IMG/VR virus record: IMGVR_UViG_3300025133_000044
Coordinates: 1 to 64,000 of that record
Length of the DNA stretch: 64,000 nucleotides
From: a virus
Reading direction: 5' to 3' (one strand)
Under the pieces are notes generated by a model that made no database searches, was not told where the DNA came from, and saw nothing but the letters and a program-made list of their open reading frames with translations. This document shows positions 1 to 8,910 of the stretch, piece by piece. A program made the position numbers and the translations under genes. Numbering within the stretch: position 1 is the stretch's first letter; each line of letters starts with the position of its first letter.

Positions 1-35
1 TTCCAGTTTCCATTTTCGTCGGTCAGGTAAGCCAT
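1..35 (-). CDS. partial hypothetical protein (start only, runs off left edge)
   Basis: ATG at 35 preceded by GGGAGG SD; reads MAYLTDENGNW... Confidence 0.5.
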   Translation of the reverse strand, partial: MAYLTDENGNW

Positions 36-80
36 CGTTTTCCTCCCGGTTGATGTCTTGCTTTAACTATAGTAACTAGT

Positions 81-314
81 CTAGGTCGGTAAAGATCTTT
101 TTCTTCGATACTTGGTTGTGTCACCAACCAAATGATGCGCGCATGCGCCGGTGTCGACGTGCTTGTACACGTCTTCTTTCTTAAGATCGAAGAAAGCACC
201 GGAATCGTTAGGATTGCTACAAATGAAATATCGAAAAGACGTAGACCTCACCTTCGTCACCACCGCGACCCGGCCATCATATTCGAGGAGATCGCCTACT
301 TTAAGTGTATACAT
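81..314 (-). CDS. small hypothetical protein, KVGDL-type SH3/KOW-like
   Basis: N-terminal LKVGDLL followed by beta-rich VAVVTKV; GGAGG-like SD; abuts upstream stop. Confidence 0.6.
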   Translation of the reverse strand: MYTLKVGDLLEYDGRVAVVTKVRSTSFRYFICSNPNDSGAFFDLKKEDVYKHVDTGACAHHLVGDTTKYRRKRSLPT

Positions 315-508
315 TAACGTCCGCCACCTAGCGCTGCGTTAACGGACATACGCGTAGTTTCTCGCTCCAAACTCTTCATTATAATCCCTCGCAGAAATGC
401 ACTCCTTGAGATGTTAATCCCAACAGACTCAATGAGTTTGTTCCTTGCTGCGTCGATATCTTCAATCTCTGATGCGTCTAACCGCACTGTAATCCACTTC
501 TTTTTCAT
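314..508 (-). CDS. ribbon-helix-helix (CopG/Arc-like) DNA-binding protein
   Basis: ITVRL beta strand, helix, then ISRSAFLRGII helix; AGGAG SD. Confidence 0.7.
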   Translation of the reverse strand: MKKKWITVRLDASEIEDIDAARNKLIESVGINISRSAFLRGIIMKSLERETTRMSVNAALGGGR

Positions 509-533
509 CGCTTGCTCTCCTATATGTAAAGCG

Positions 534-605
534 TAGCCCCGAGGGGAATCGAACCCCTATTACTGGCTTGAAAGGCCGGCGTTCTAACCGTTGAACTACG
601 GGGCC
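534..605 (-). tRNA. tRNA-Glu (UUC)
   Basis: Minus strand GGCCCCG/CGGGGCT acceptor, D-arm TAGTTCAACGGTTAGAAC, anticodon loop CTTTCAA, T-loop GGTTCGATTCC; no encoded CCA; one C-A mismatch in anticodon stem. Confidence 0.93.
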
Positions 606-613
606 ATGCTAGA

Positions 614-641
614 ACTATAGGTACGTGAGCGAGCGAGTAAA
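614..641 (-). promoter_or_regulatory. putative sigma70-like promoter for tRNA-Glu
   Basis: TTTACT-16nt-TATAGT just upstream of the tRNA 5' end. Confidence 0.4.
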
Positions 642-644
642 AAA

Positions 645-3446
645 CTATCCGTATAAAACTGCTTCGATTTCTTCTCGGATGATCTGCTCAAGCTTTGTCT
701 CCTCAAACAACTGGCTCAACTCTTCCACTGTCTCTATCTGATTAACCTTGTCCTTGATGGCCTTAAATCGTGTTTGATATGTAAACCGGAAGTCACTAAT
801 ATATCTTAATATAGTTTGTGGTTTTTTCGATGCAGCAATATCGATGATTAAATCGTCAATGAGGTGTCTTACGTCTTCCCACTTCTGCATGTCTTGAGCG
901 GATCGAGCGGGGCGGTCTGATTGTGATTGTTCCCGTAGTCTATCAATCTCGGCCAAAACTGTAGCGTGCATAACCTTAAGTTGCTCAAACATATTAGCTA
1001 GTTCTTCGTCGGCGGCAACGATTTGACCTGAGACTTTCTGATCTGCGGTCTGTAACACGCCATTTATGGCGTGACGTAACTGTTCAATATCTTTATCTAA
1101 ATACTGCACAAACTTAACTGCTGCCAACATAAGTTCGTCTGCCTGATCGTCGGGGAAACCTTCTGGTGCATCGTCTTCGAGCACAAAACGTAGGACAGTG
1201 ACCCTGGCTTTTCTGGGCTCGCCTACCTTCATCTCGCGTTCTTGATTATTGCCAACTATTGCAGATGTGTAGCGCAATCGCTCAAGTCCGAGCACAAAAC
1301 CATCAGCGATATACTCTCGGATTTCTTCAGGTTTTACAGCAGGATAATTCGCGTGAATCCTCCCTTCTTCCCCTTCTCTCAAGTCCATTTGAAGTTGTTT
1401 GTTTGTTTCCTGTGCGGCGCGAACAAAATATTTCGTTAGTTGATTCAGCACGTCAGTCTTAAACTTCGGGGAATAAAAACTATTGCCCACTCCTCTCAAA
1501 TCGCGAGTGTCACCATATGTAACACCTAGCACACCACGTATATCTCCTGTCGTTGGGCCAATGAGAAAAACTTCGTCTTCCATCGGGTATGTTAAATTAT
1601 AGCCACCCTCGTTGTCATAGGTAATCTCAAAATTATCAAACTCTATTTCTTTTGATTCAATTTGAGCGCGTAACTTATCTATTCTCGATGGCTTTGCAAA
1701 CCCTAGTTCGACTAGTTTAGCACGGAAAGCAGCAACATGTTTTTCATATTCTTCATCGTCGTTCCGCACTCCGTTACAAAACTCTTCAAACCCAGTAGGA
1801 CTTGGATCGATATATCCTATTTCAAACTCAACTCTGAATTCTACTTCACCAACACTATTTTCTTGTATGTCATAGTCAGCAATTTCATTGCTGAAGTTCA
1901 TGTTGCCCATGACGTCTCTTGCGATGGCATGCTTGTCTGACCAGTTCATCGGAAACTCATCTGCGTCGGGACCGTCCAAATCAACTTCTAGAGTCATGCT
2001 ACCATCCATTCTGACCTGTGGTTCGTTCTCTTCGCCCTCGTAAGGATCGGTGTCATTGTCCCACTCTTCCCACTCTCGATTTACAATCTGGTAGCTGACG
2101 TGGGAATGGTCTAGGCTGAGATTCCTTTCAGTGTAATCGCAGCGATATTCATAATCTTCTGCCATTTCGATCAATTCTTGTGGTCGTTGATTTCCACGAA
2201 CCTGCTCTATCTCTTCAGACTCGTCGCCTTCCCAATCTCCACCAGACGCCCATTGGAAAGATTCTTTGCCATCATATTCCGCAAAAAGCCTACCAAACAT
2301 ATCACGAGGTTGGGTATCCCTATAGTGGCCACCTTTCATAACAAAATCACGTAAATAATCTGCGCTGATCTTACCATCTTCACCAATGGCTTCTTCCCAT
2401 TTATCTTTCTGGGTCTCCAAAGCCCACTCTCTTACTTTCTCGTAGAAACCAGGTATATCAGTGCCATAGGTGCTCCGTTCTGGAACTGCTAAATCATACT
2501 GATTGCCAGAAAAACTTTGGTACTTCTTCTTGAATCTGCGGACTCGGACGCGACCAACGGGCTCAATACCAGGCACGCTCCTTTCATCGTCTTCAAAAAT
2601 CTCGTCCTCTTGAAGGTCGTCAACTTCTTGCAGATCTTGCGTCTCAACAATAAAAGCCAGGATTTCACCTTCCTTTGCTGATTTCAGGGCGCAATATTCA
2701 AACTCTCCGCCTTCGCGGCGAGCGCCTTCGAGAGAATGACATGACTCGATGAGGTCAAAATCTGACATACGCAGGATGTCCATTGGACGGCGTGTAATAA
2801 TAATTGAATAGTCTGTCATCATTTTGTCAGGATTTTCGCGATAATACCTTGACTCTTTATTCCAAAACTCTACCCACTCTTCTAGGTAATTACCATAAGC
2901 CTGGTGTCTAAAGTGTTTCTCGTAATCGTCTTTAGCTTTGTTCTCTGCATTCTGTAGCACTTCATATTCTTTGGCCACATCCGGCTCCATCGCCGTGCTG
3001 CCGCGTTCTCTGTACCATTCGTTAGCAAATGTACCTCTTTTATCAGCTAGCTCTCTTATCTTCTTATTCATGCTAGCGGCGCGCTGCAAAACTTTACCAA
3101 TCTTCTGGTGCTTGACACGCATAACCTGTTCCGTTCCAGGTTTGCTGGGATCACCTGTGTAACTCATGAAGCCTTTTGACGCCAGGCCAGTTTTGAAATC
3201 TACTTCATAGCCTTGTTGTCCAAGCCAAGTTATAATCTTTTCAATTTTTGTGCCTTTCGTTATTGATTTGCCAAGGGGGACGATAGTTCGCCATTTACCT
3301 TTGAAGATGTCGTTGAAAGGCACTTCTTCAGGGCTCAAATGATCCGTTGCGTTCTCGATATATTCAGCGCGTTCGTAGGAAGCCATCTCCAAAAGAGCAT
3401 CCTTCCTGAAGTTTCTCCAATTCGCGAAAAGCTTTTGCATCTTCAT
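645..3446 (-). CDS. large hypothetical protein (933 aa), candidate head-packaged protein
   Basis: Long ORF; N-terminal MKMQKLFANWRNF...LLE leader shared with neighbour; C-terminal LEQIIREE motif; no confident catalytic family. Confidence 0.85.
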   Translation of the reverse strand: MKMQKLFANWRNFRKDALLEMASYERAEYIENATDHLSPEEVPFNDIFKGKWRTIVPLGKSITKGTKIEKIITWLGQQGYEVDFKTGLASKGFMSYTGDPSKPGTEQVMRVKHQKIGKVLQRAASMNKKIRELADKRGTFANEWYRERGSTAMEPDVAKEYEVLQNAENKAKDDYEKHFRHQAYGNYLEEWVEFWNKESRYYRENPDKMMTDYSIIITRRPMDILRMSDFDLIESCHSLEGARREGGEFEYCALKSAKEGEILAFIVETQDLQEVDDLQEDEIFEDDERSVPGIEPVGRVRVRRFKKKYQSFSGNQYDLAVPERSTYGTDIPGFYEKVREWALETQKDKWEEAIGEDGKISADYLRDFVMKGGHYRDTQPRDMFGRLFAEYDGKESFQWASGGDWEGDESEEIEQVRGNQRPQELIEMAEDYEYRCDYTERNLSLDHSHVSYQIVNREWEEWDNDTDPYEGEENEPQVRMDGSMTLEVDLDGPDADEFPMNWSDKHAIARDVMGNMNFSNEIADYDIQENSVGEVEFRVEFEIGYIDPSPTGFEEFCNGVRNDDEEYEKHVAAFRAKLVELGFAKPSRIDKLRAQIESKEIEFDNFEITYDNEGGYNLTYPMEDEVFLIGPTTGDIRGVLGVTYGDTRDLRGVGNSFYSPKFKTDVLNQLTKYFVRAAQETNKQLQMDLREGEEGRIHANYPAVKPEEIREYIADGFVLGLERLRYTSAIVGNNQEREMKVGEPRKARVTVLRFVLEDDAPEGFPDDQADELMLAAVKFVQYLDKDIEQLRHAINGVLQTADQKVSGQIVAADEELANMFEQLKVMHATVLAEIDRLREQSQSDRPARSAQDMQKWEDVRHLIDDLIIDIAASKKPQTILRYISDFRFTYQTRFKAIKDKVNQIETVEELSQLFEETKLEQIIREEIEAVLYG

Positions 3447-3985
3447 ACGATTGACTCCGCTAAAGCTTTGGCTGCGCGCCAGTCTTCGATGGTGCGTTTA
3501 ACTAGTTTCTCTTTGAATTGCGCGCCTTCTGGATCATCCCATATTTTTTCTAACGCTTTGCCAAAGTCTGCTATTTCTTTTATGATTTGTTCTTCTATTG
3601 ATCCCAAAACATTCATTGCTGCTTCGTTGGCGGAATCCGGCGGCGCGTCGTGCCACGCGGCATGTATTTTGCTATGTAGAGACTCTGGAAGTTTGCTCTT
3701 GCCGAACAGAAGTTCATCGTGAAGAGCTTCTTTAATTTCTTCTGACGGATCATAAAGAAAACTCGGAAAAGAATCAAGTGTCGGAGAATAGATCTCGTCG
3801 ACCTGCGCAGTCTGGGTGCGCTTGGCGAGCATGCCGATAATGCGCTGGATCGCTGGACGGGCCCAAACCATCCACTCGTCGAACATGTCGACATCTCCGT
3901 CATCATGAGCGTCGGCTAGCTCTTGGCTATAATCAGCCTCAGACAAATATTCTCGCCAGCCTTCAAACAAAAGTTGCATCTTCAT
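3443..3985 (-). CDS. hypothetical protein with MKMQLLFEGWREYLSE leader
   Basis: ORF with ATGA overlap to downstream gene; leader paralogous to 645..3446. Confidence 0.8.
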   Translation of the reverse strand: MKMQLLFEGWREYLSEADYSQELADAHDDGDVDMFDEWMVWARPAIQRIIGMLAKRTQTAQVDEIYSPTLDSFPSFLYDPSEEIKEALHDELLFGKSKLPESLHSKIHAAWHDAPPDSANEAAMNVLGSIEEQIIKEIADFGKALEKIWDDPEGAQFKEKLVKRTIEDWRAAKALAESIV

Positions 3986-4019
3986 AACAATAAATAGTTG
4001 TCTACGCTTATAATGACAG

Positions 4020-4199
4020 CTAAACTATTAAAGCCAGTTGACTTGGGCCGTGTGTTGATTTGAATCCTGTGTCAAACCAATGTACCAAATAAGTTGTATA
4101 GATGTTCTTAGATTTTTTATTGGTCAACGATCTGACTTCAACAATAATGCCCCGTGAGCCAGGCTTTGTTTTATCTGTGACCAAATCTCCAATTTTCAT
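4020..4199 (-). CDS. small hypothetical protein, MKIGDLV-type SH3-like (59 aa, not in ORF track)
   Basis: Hand translation MKIGDLVTDKTKPGSRGIIVEV...YLVHWFD...QLALIV*, same pattern as 4917..5117. Confidence 0.7.
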   Translation of the reverse strand: MKIGDLVTDKTKPGSRGIIVEVRSLTNKKSKNIYTTYLVHWFDTGFKSTHGPSQLALIV

Positions 4200-4202
4200 T
4201 GG

Positions 4203-4502
4203 TCAATCGGAGACGATCTTGTTGATAGCTTCTAAAGTCTTCTCCAAGACTTTAAGTGCCATTATGTCTTTGATCCCTTCGACCATTTGTTCGGCGCCTG
4301 AATTATGTAAACTCAAAAAATCTTCTGTGCTCATGTTACATTTAGAATGATGACTGTTGAATTTCTCACTCGTAACGCTGGCTGCGCTATTTTGAGACTT
4401 TTGGCTATCATCCTGATTGTTAACACTCTGATTCTGTGTTTGCACAGACTGGCTCGGCTGCATTGGCCTCACCATCTGTGATGAAATTGAACCAACTTTC
4501 AT
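4203..4502 (-). CDS. hypothetical Gln/Ser-rich protein
   Basis: Likely start MKVGSISSQ with AGAGG SD (ORF is open to 4556). Confidence 0.65.
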   Translation of the reverse strand: MKVGSISSQMVRPMQPSQSVQTQNQSVNNQDDSQKSQNSAASVTSEKFNSHHSKCNMSTEDFLSLHNSGAEQMVEGIKDIMALKVLEKTLEAINKIVSD

Positions 4503-4595
4503 TTTGGTACCTCTTTTATAATCTCTGCTGTATCCTGTTAGTGGTAAATACATCAATAATAAATAGTACCAAGAAATCGTTAGTTTGTTAACATT

Positions 4596-4826
4596 TTATC
4601 TATTGCGTTCGTAAAAGTCTCTGTCAAACACAGCGTAAGACGCCTTCATGTAAGCCAACACTTGTTCCAAACTAACTTTGTGATCTTGCGCCTTCATAGC
4701 TTCGATAATGTTCTTTGCAATTTGTTTAGGCGGAGTGTAGTTTTTCTCCTGAGCATCGATGAGTTTCTTATAACCCTTGATTCTCTCAGCTTTGTATTTG
4801 GAATATATTTGTTGATTGCCTTTCAT
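4596..4826 (-). CDS. hypothetical protein
   Basis: 76-aa ORF in the coding direction. Confidence 0.55.
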   Translation of the reverse strand: MKGNQQIYSKYKAERIKGYKKLIDAQEKNYTPPKQIAKNIIEAMKAQDHKVSLEQVLAYMKASYAVFDRDFYERNR

Positions 4827-4916
4827 TCTAGTAACACATATGATATATCAATACCATAATAACAATCAGGACCACATCAAATAAAAAAAACCTAAGGGCG
4901 GGATTAAAATCTTTCA

Positions 4917-5117
4917 TTAGTTCTCACTCACAATTACTAAATCTTGTTTCATAAAACTTCTAATCTCATCGGCGAGGGGCGGAAAGAGAACACTGCATAC
5001 ATCGCCTTTTTCTTGTATGATTATGCCTATAGTCTCAAAAGGAATGCCATTAATATCGACGTTACCAGTGGTAAAAGTTGAATGAACATTGAGTTTGACT
5101 AAATCTCCTACTTTCAT
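4917..5117 (-). CDS. small hypothetical protein, MKVGDLV-type SH3-like
   Basis: MKVGDLVKL...GIII...VLF...DLVIVS pattern common in phage accessory genes. Confidence 0.7.
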   Translation of the reverse strand: MKVGDLVKLNVHSTFTTGNVDINGIPFETIGIIIQEKGDVCSVLFPPLADEIRSFMKQDLVIVSEN

Positions 5118-5134
5118 TAAAACATAGTGACACG

Positions 5135-5815
5135 TCAGTCAGAGGAAACAACAAAACTTTGTAAAGACTTACGAGAAGGCGAAACAACAATATGATGAAA
5201 GCTTTTGTTGATTTGTGAAACAAGACCAATGATTTCACCAGAGATGTTAAGAATCGGTGCACCGGATGAGCCTGGATATGCGGGGATGGTAAAAACAGAT
5301 GTCAGGCTATCACCGCCGGCGAAATGTCCAGAAACAACAGGGGTTAGGCCCGGGCCGGACACACCATCGGGAGCCATCATGCTCCACACCACTTTGCCAC
5401 GCGAGGGGTTTCCAAACGCGATTGGTATCGGGTCAGCCAGCAGAGATCGATCAGTTTTCATCAGACAAATATCGCTTGAGGGGTGAATGTTCAATTCAAT
5501 TGCGGCATATGTATTTTCGTTGTCATCATGAATAGTTACAAGCACCTTATCAAGAACCTCAGATTGCGCTGCGTTATCAACCATCGCGCGAACTCCAGCA
5601 CATATGTGCCCAGCAGTTAAAACTTTGTTTGGGCCCACAACAGTTCCAGAGCCAAAACCAGTTTCTAATACGCAAGTAATACAGTTTGCTTTATAGCGTT
5701 TTACTTTAATTTGCACAAAAGAATCAAATGGAATATTTGGCTTTGTATCCACATACACACGGGTACATGAGCAAAAAATTGCTGCGCATAACAAAACCAA
5801 AAGTTTATTTTTCAT
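5135..5815 (-). CDS. trypsin-like (S1) serine protease, probably lipoprotein/secreted
   Basis: GSG..LTAGH (His), DICL (Asp), PGSSGAP (Ser); N-terminal MKNKLLVLLCAAIFCSC signal/lipobox. Confidence 0.88.
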   Translation of the reverse strand: MKNKLLVLLCAAIFCSCTRVYVDTKPNIPFDSFVQIKVKRYKANCITCVLETGFGSGTVVGPNKVLTAGHICAGVRAMVDNAAQSEVLDKVLVTIHDDNENTYAAIELNIHPSSDICLMKTDRSLLADPIPIAFGNPSRGKVVWSMMAPDGVSGPGLTPVVSGHFAGGDSLTSVFTIPAYPGSSGAPILNISGEIIGLVSQINKSFHHIVVSPSRKSLQSFVVSSD

Positions 5816-6107
5816 CAACCTTCTCCAATATGATCCTATCATAAAACGCGCCGCGTTCATGACGCTTTTCTAATGCAACAGACTCCACCCCCACCATGGT
5901 GAGAGAATGTAAATCACAAATTGCGCGTAAAACCTCGTACATATCCGCTGCTTCTTCATAGGAAGGGTCGTCAATAAATTCATCAAGTTCCTCGCGCATC
6001 TTTTCATACAGGCTAGCCAGGTACTCATTGTGGTCAGCAAAATGATATTCGCATGTTTTGCCACTTCTGTTAATGATGCCAGGAATATTATCTCTAACTA
6101 GCTTCAT
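5805..6107 (-). CDS. MazG-like / PRA-PH-like nucleoside triphosphate pyrophosphohydrolase
   Basis: KLVRDNIP start, EELDEF and EEAAD acidic motifs, KRHERGAF end. Confidence 0.85.
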   Translation of the reverse strand: MKLVRDNIPGIINRSGKTCEYHFADHNEYLASLYEKMREELDEFIDDPSYEEAADMYEVLRAICDLHSLTMVGVESVALEKRHERGAFYDRIILEKVDEK

Positions 6108-6477
6108 GTATAATCTTCTCTTTTTGTTTTCGTGTTAGCTGTTTAAATTTATACTCAGCCTTTTGCGCCGTGGATCGATCTTCATAATCCACCCAATAAA
6201 CCAATCTAGCTGGTCGTCGCGGCTTCGTATATTTCGCGCCCTTCGAAGATGTGTTGTGCTCGTTGAGCCGACGAACGACGTCAGTCGTTATACCAGTATA
6301 GTAGCTACCATCGTTACATTGTAAAACATAAAGACACCACTTTTTTTCGTTTATTTCCTTCAAAAATTGATCGTTGCTCACGAGTTTGAGGTGTTTGCGC
6401 ACGTGCACAACGTATGCCAGTATTGACAAATACCAGATACCAAGAGCAATACACCATATCAACCAAAAATCGCGCAC
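6094..6477 (-). CDS. GIY-YIG nuclease (short YazA/UPF0213 type) with N-terminal hydrophobic segment
   Basis: LYVLQCNDGSYYTGITTD..RRL..HN..GAKYT..RRP..A.K.E..FK. Confidence 0.88.
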   Translation of the reverse strand: MRDFWLIWCIALGIWYLSILAYVVHVRKHLKLVSNDQFLKEINEKKWCLYVLQCNDGSYYTGITTDVVRRLNEHNTSSKGAKYTKPRRPARLVYWVDYEDRSTAQKAEYKFKQLTRKQKEKIIHEAS

Positions 6478-6496
6478 GTGCGCACCCTATTGTTAG

Positions 6497-6570
<74 letters not shown>

Positions 6571-6576
6571 ATAAAA

Positions 6577-6675
6577 TTATAGCCCAAATGCTACAAAAAC
6601 TACAGTACCGATAACCAATCCAATCATAATCCTTGTGAACAGCTTCTCGCTGTCTAAATGATGCATATTATCCAT
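6577..6675 (-). CDS. 32-aa single-pass membrane microprotein between tRNAs (not in ORF track)
   Basis: AAGGAG SD then MDNMHHLDSEKLFTRIMIGLVIGTVVFVAFGL*. Confidence 0.55.
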   Translation of the reverse strand: MDNMHHLDSEKLFTRIMIGLVIGTVVFVAFGL

Positions 6676-6699
6676 AATTTTACTCCTTATATAGTATTC

Positions 6700-6787
6700 T
6701 GGTAGCCTCGGCGGGACTCGAACCCGCAAACCCGTATCGGGCGTCAGATTTTAAGTCTGATGTGTATGCCAATTCCACCACAAGGCC
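6700..6787 (-). tRNA. tRNA-Leu (UAA)
   Basis: GGCCTTG/CGAGGCT-A-CCA acceptor, TCAGA-CTTAAAA-TCTGA anticodon arm, long variable arm, GGTTCGAGTCC. Confidence 0.95.
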
Positions 6788-6809
6788 AAAAAAAAGCGCC
6801 CGAAGGCGC
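6788..6809 (-). terminator. intrinsic terminator
   Basis: GCGCC-TTCG-GGCGC hairpin followed by T8 on minus strand. Confidence 0.75.
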
Positions 6810-6828
6810 ACAAAACTTAAGAAAAGCT

Positions 6829-7059
6829 TTAGTTTTCTACGTCTACTTCAACAGTAGGAACGACGTCAGCTGCGTCAAGAGATACCTCTAGATCAGAACT
6901 AACGTCGACAACTTCATTTGCGTCTTCGTTTAACTCTTCAACTAAAATATCGCCGACAACAACATCGTTGTTCACTTGTTCCAACGCTGTTAGATCATCC
7001 GTAGTACAGCCTTGAATGGCTGTAATCATTAACAAAATCATTGCAAATGTGATTTTCAT
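6829..7059 (-). CDS. small acidic lipoprotein
   Basis: MKITFAMILLMITAIQGC signal + lipobox Cys; AAGGAG SD; D/E/V-rich mature part. Confidence 0.7.
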   Translation of the reverse strand: MKITFAMILLMITAIQGCTTDDLTALEQVNNDVVVGDILVEELNEDANEVVDVSSDLEVSLDAADVVPTVEVDVEN

Positions 7060-7132
7060 AATATACTCCTTTGAAATCATGAAACATAAATATACTTACT
7101 ATTTTAAAAAAGTAAAAAATTATTTAACTCTA

Positions 7133-7318
7133 TTATCCTTCAGGATGTTTTTCTACTTCAGTTAGCAATACTTTTAACTTGTCTCTAATGTTGTCAGCCA
7201 TGGCAATTCTGCTGTCAGCAGTGCCAGAGCCATAGTCAATTGCCTTTTTAAGCAGATAAAGATCTTTGAGCACTTCGTTAATTACGCCCTCCTTCTTATC
7301 AGGAACGTATATTCTCAT
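7133..7318 (-). CDS. hypothetical protein
   Basis: 61-aa ORF with AGGAG SD. Confidence 0.65.
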   Translation of the reverse strand: MRIYVPDKKEGVINEVLKDLYLLKKAIDYGSGTADSRIAMADNIRDKLKVLLTEVEKHPEG

Positions 7319-7327
7319 GCTTTTCTC

Positions 7328-7519
7328 CTACAAATCAATTATAATAACTCTTTTTTCCTCGTCAAGAGGATTATCAAGTTTTGAATCGTCTTTTTTTGTT
7401 TTTGGGTTATAATCTTCTGGGCCGTAAGGAAAGGTATAATCTGGCGCAGGTATTTCTAGCCAAGGTCTTTCCAACTGCTCTGTCATCGTCCCTGGCCCCT
7501 GCGGGGCTTTTTTCGGCAA
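7328..7519 (-). CDS. hypothetical protein
   Basis: ERPWLEIP...RVIIIDL; true start may be the ATG at 7486 overlapping the upstream stop. Confidence 0.6.
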   Translation of the reverse strand: MPKKAPQGPGTMTEQLERPWLEIPAPDYTFPYGPEDYNPKTKKDDSKLDNPLDEEKRVIIIDL

Positions 7520-7671
7520 TGAGCCTTCGTTGGCGGTGAACCAGCGCGGGCGCCGGCGTGGAAGGTCTCACCTCCAGAATGTGATCTTTTTGTGTATTTG
7601 CCAGTTCCCTGCGCAGTTTTCTTTTTGCTGCTAGGCAACCTATCCCTGGTTTTACCATAAATACTAGACAT
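7483..7671 (-). CDS. small basic protein ending RGQGR
   Basis: Lys/Arg/Gly-rich, KKTAQG...RRGQGR; AAGGAG SD. Confidence 0.6.
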   Translation of the reverse strand: MSSIYGKTRDRLPSSKKKTAQGTGKYTKRSHSGGETFHAGARAGSPPTKAHCRKKPRRGQGR

Positions 7672-8107
7672 TAAACAACTCCTTTTTTACAGATCGATCA
7701 AACATTGTTATACCATTCAGGTGGTCAACTTCATGTTGAACACACACACACTCCAGTGCGTTTTTGTCGAATGAAAAAAACAAATGATTTTTATGATTAT
7801 CTGTTTTTACAACGATGTCCATCCATCGTTCAGTTATAACATAATCACCAGGAAAAGAAAGACAAGATTCCTGATAAAAGCTTTTTTTAAATTTTCCGAC
7901 TATCTCTGGATTTATCAAAATAATTGGCTCCGTCACTTTTATAACGCAAACAGCGGCATTGATGCCCACCTGATTTGCAGCTAGGCCGACTCCCTCTTTA
8001 ACGTCGGCCAAAATATCCAAAAGCTTTCTTCCGATAAAATGGCCCTCGGCGCCCTTACATCGTTTACATTTTTTTGTAAGCGTTTTTTTATCTTGGACGA
8101 ACTTCAT
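7664..8107 (-). CDS. def: peptide deformylase
   Basis: GVGLAANQVG, ESCLS, QHEVDHLNG motifs. Confidence 0.95.
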   Translation of the reverse strand: MKFVQDKKTLTKKCKRCKGAEGHFIGRKLLDILADVKEGVGLAANQVGINAAVCVIKVTEPIILINPEIVGKFKKSFYQESCLSFPGDYVITERWMDIVVKTDNHKNHLFFSFDKNALECVCVQHEVDHLNGITMFDRSVKKELFNV

Positions 8108-8140
8108 TAACAGGGTCCTGCCTCTTTTTAAAAGCGACGT

Positions 8141-8854
8141 TTAACTTTCGCTGCAGCCACCTCCTTTCTTAATAAATAGATGTGACAAAGCTAGAGAAAC
8201 ATTAAAACGTTCAATAAAATAATAAACTATGAAAGCTAAAAAGCATCCCGAAACAACATCCACTATATAATGTTGTTTTATAACCAGAGTTGACAAGGAG
8301 ATTCCAGATGCCCACAGCATGAACAAAAAGATAAGACCCAATCTTCCTTCTGTCAACTTGCTTTTTAACATGGTTATAAACATTAGCCATGAAAATACAA
8401 CGTGACCTGAGGGAAAAGTATTGTTAGCGCCATCCAGTGTTCTGGTAAAGTCAACTACTTGAGCCGATATACTAGCAAGATCGATTTCGAGCCTAGGATA
8501 AAATGAAGGTAACAACAAATAAAAAACAAGTAATAAAACGCTTGAAAATATACACGCCCAAAACGTTTTAAAAAATAAATGTTCTTCCTTTACAAGGAAT
8601 ACCATAACCAAAAAAATTTGAAAGTACAAGGAATGGTAAACCCATACAAATTCTGGTATAAAGGGGATTGCCTTATCAAGGTCCAAGATCAAGTCAAATT
8701 GACTTTGACTCATAAAGAATTGAACTGCAAAATAGAAACAAAAAAAGACAGCGAACAAACCAGTTGTATACGCTGCCTTTTTAGCAATTGTCATCCTAGT
8801 TAAACCTCTAGATACAGTAAAACATACATGATATGCGAGAGTTAACGCATTCAT
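8141..8854 (-). CDS. PAP2-superfamily membrane phosphoesterase/phosphotransferase
   Basis: Multiple TM helices; FPSGH and QHY..DV..G motifs; start may be 8794. Confidence 0.85.
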   Translation of the reverse strand: MNALTLAYHVCFTVSRGLTRMTIAKKAAYTTGLFAVFFCFYFAVQFFMSQSQFDLILDLDKAIPFIPEFVWVYHSLYFQIFLVMVFLVKEEHLFFKTFWACIFSSVLLLVFYLLLPSFYPRLEIDLASISAQVVDFTRTLDGANNTFPSGHVVFSWLMFITMLKSKLTEGRLGLIFLFMLWASGISLSTLVIKQHYIVDVVSGCFLAFIVYYFIERFNVSLALSHLFIKKGGGCSES

Positions 8855-8910
8855 CTATTTTAAATATGTTAGAATATTCTAAAAAGTTCTTTTTATTAAA
8901 AAAATATTTG

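Noticed and set aside
6396-6484. Repeated GCGCACGTGC palindrome near tRNA-Arg as an attachment or operator site
   Set aside because: Only 10-12 bp, inside or at the start of a coding region, and no integrase in the window.
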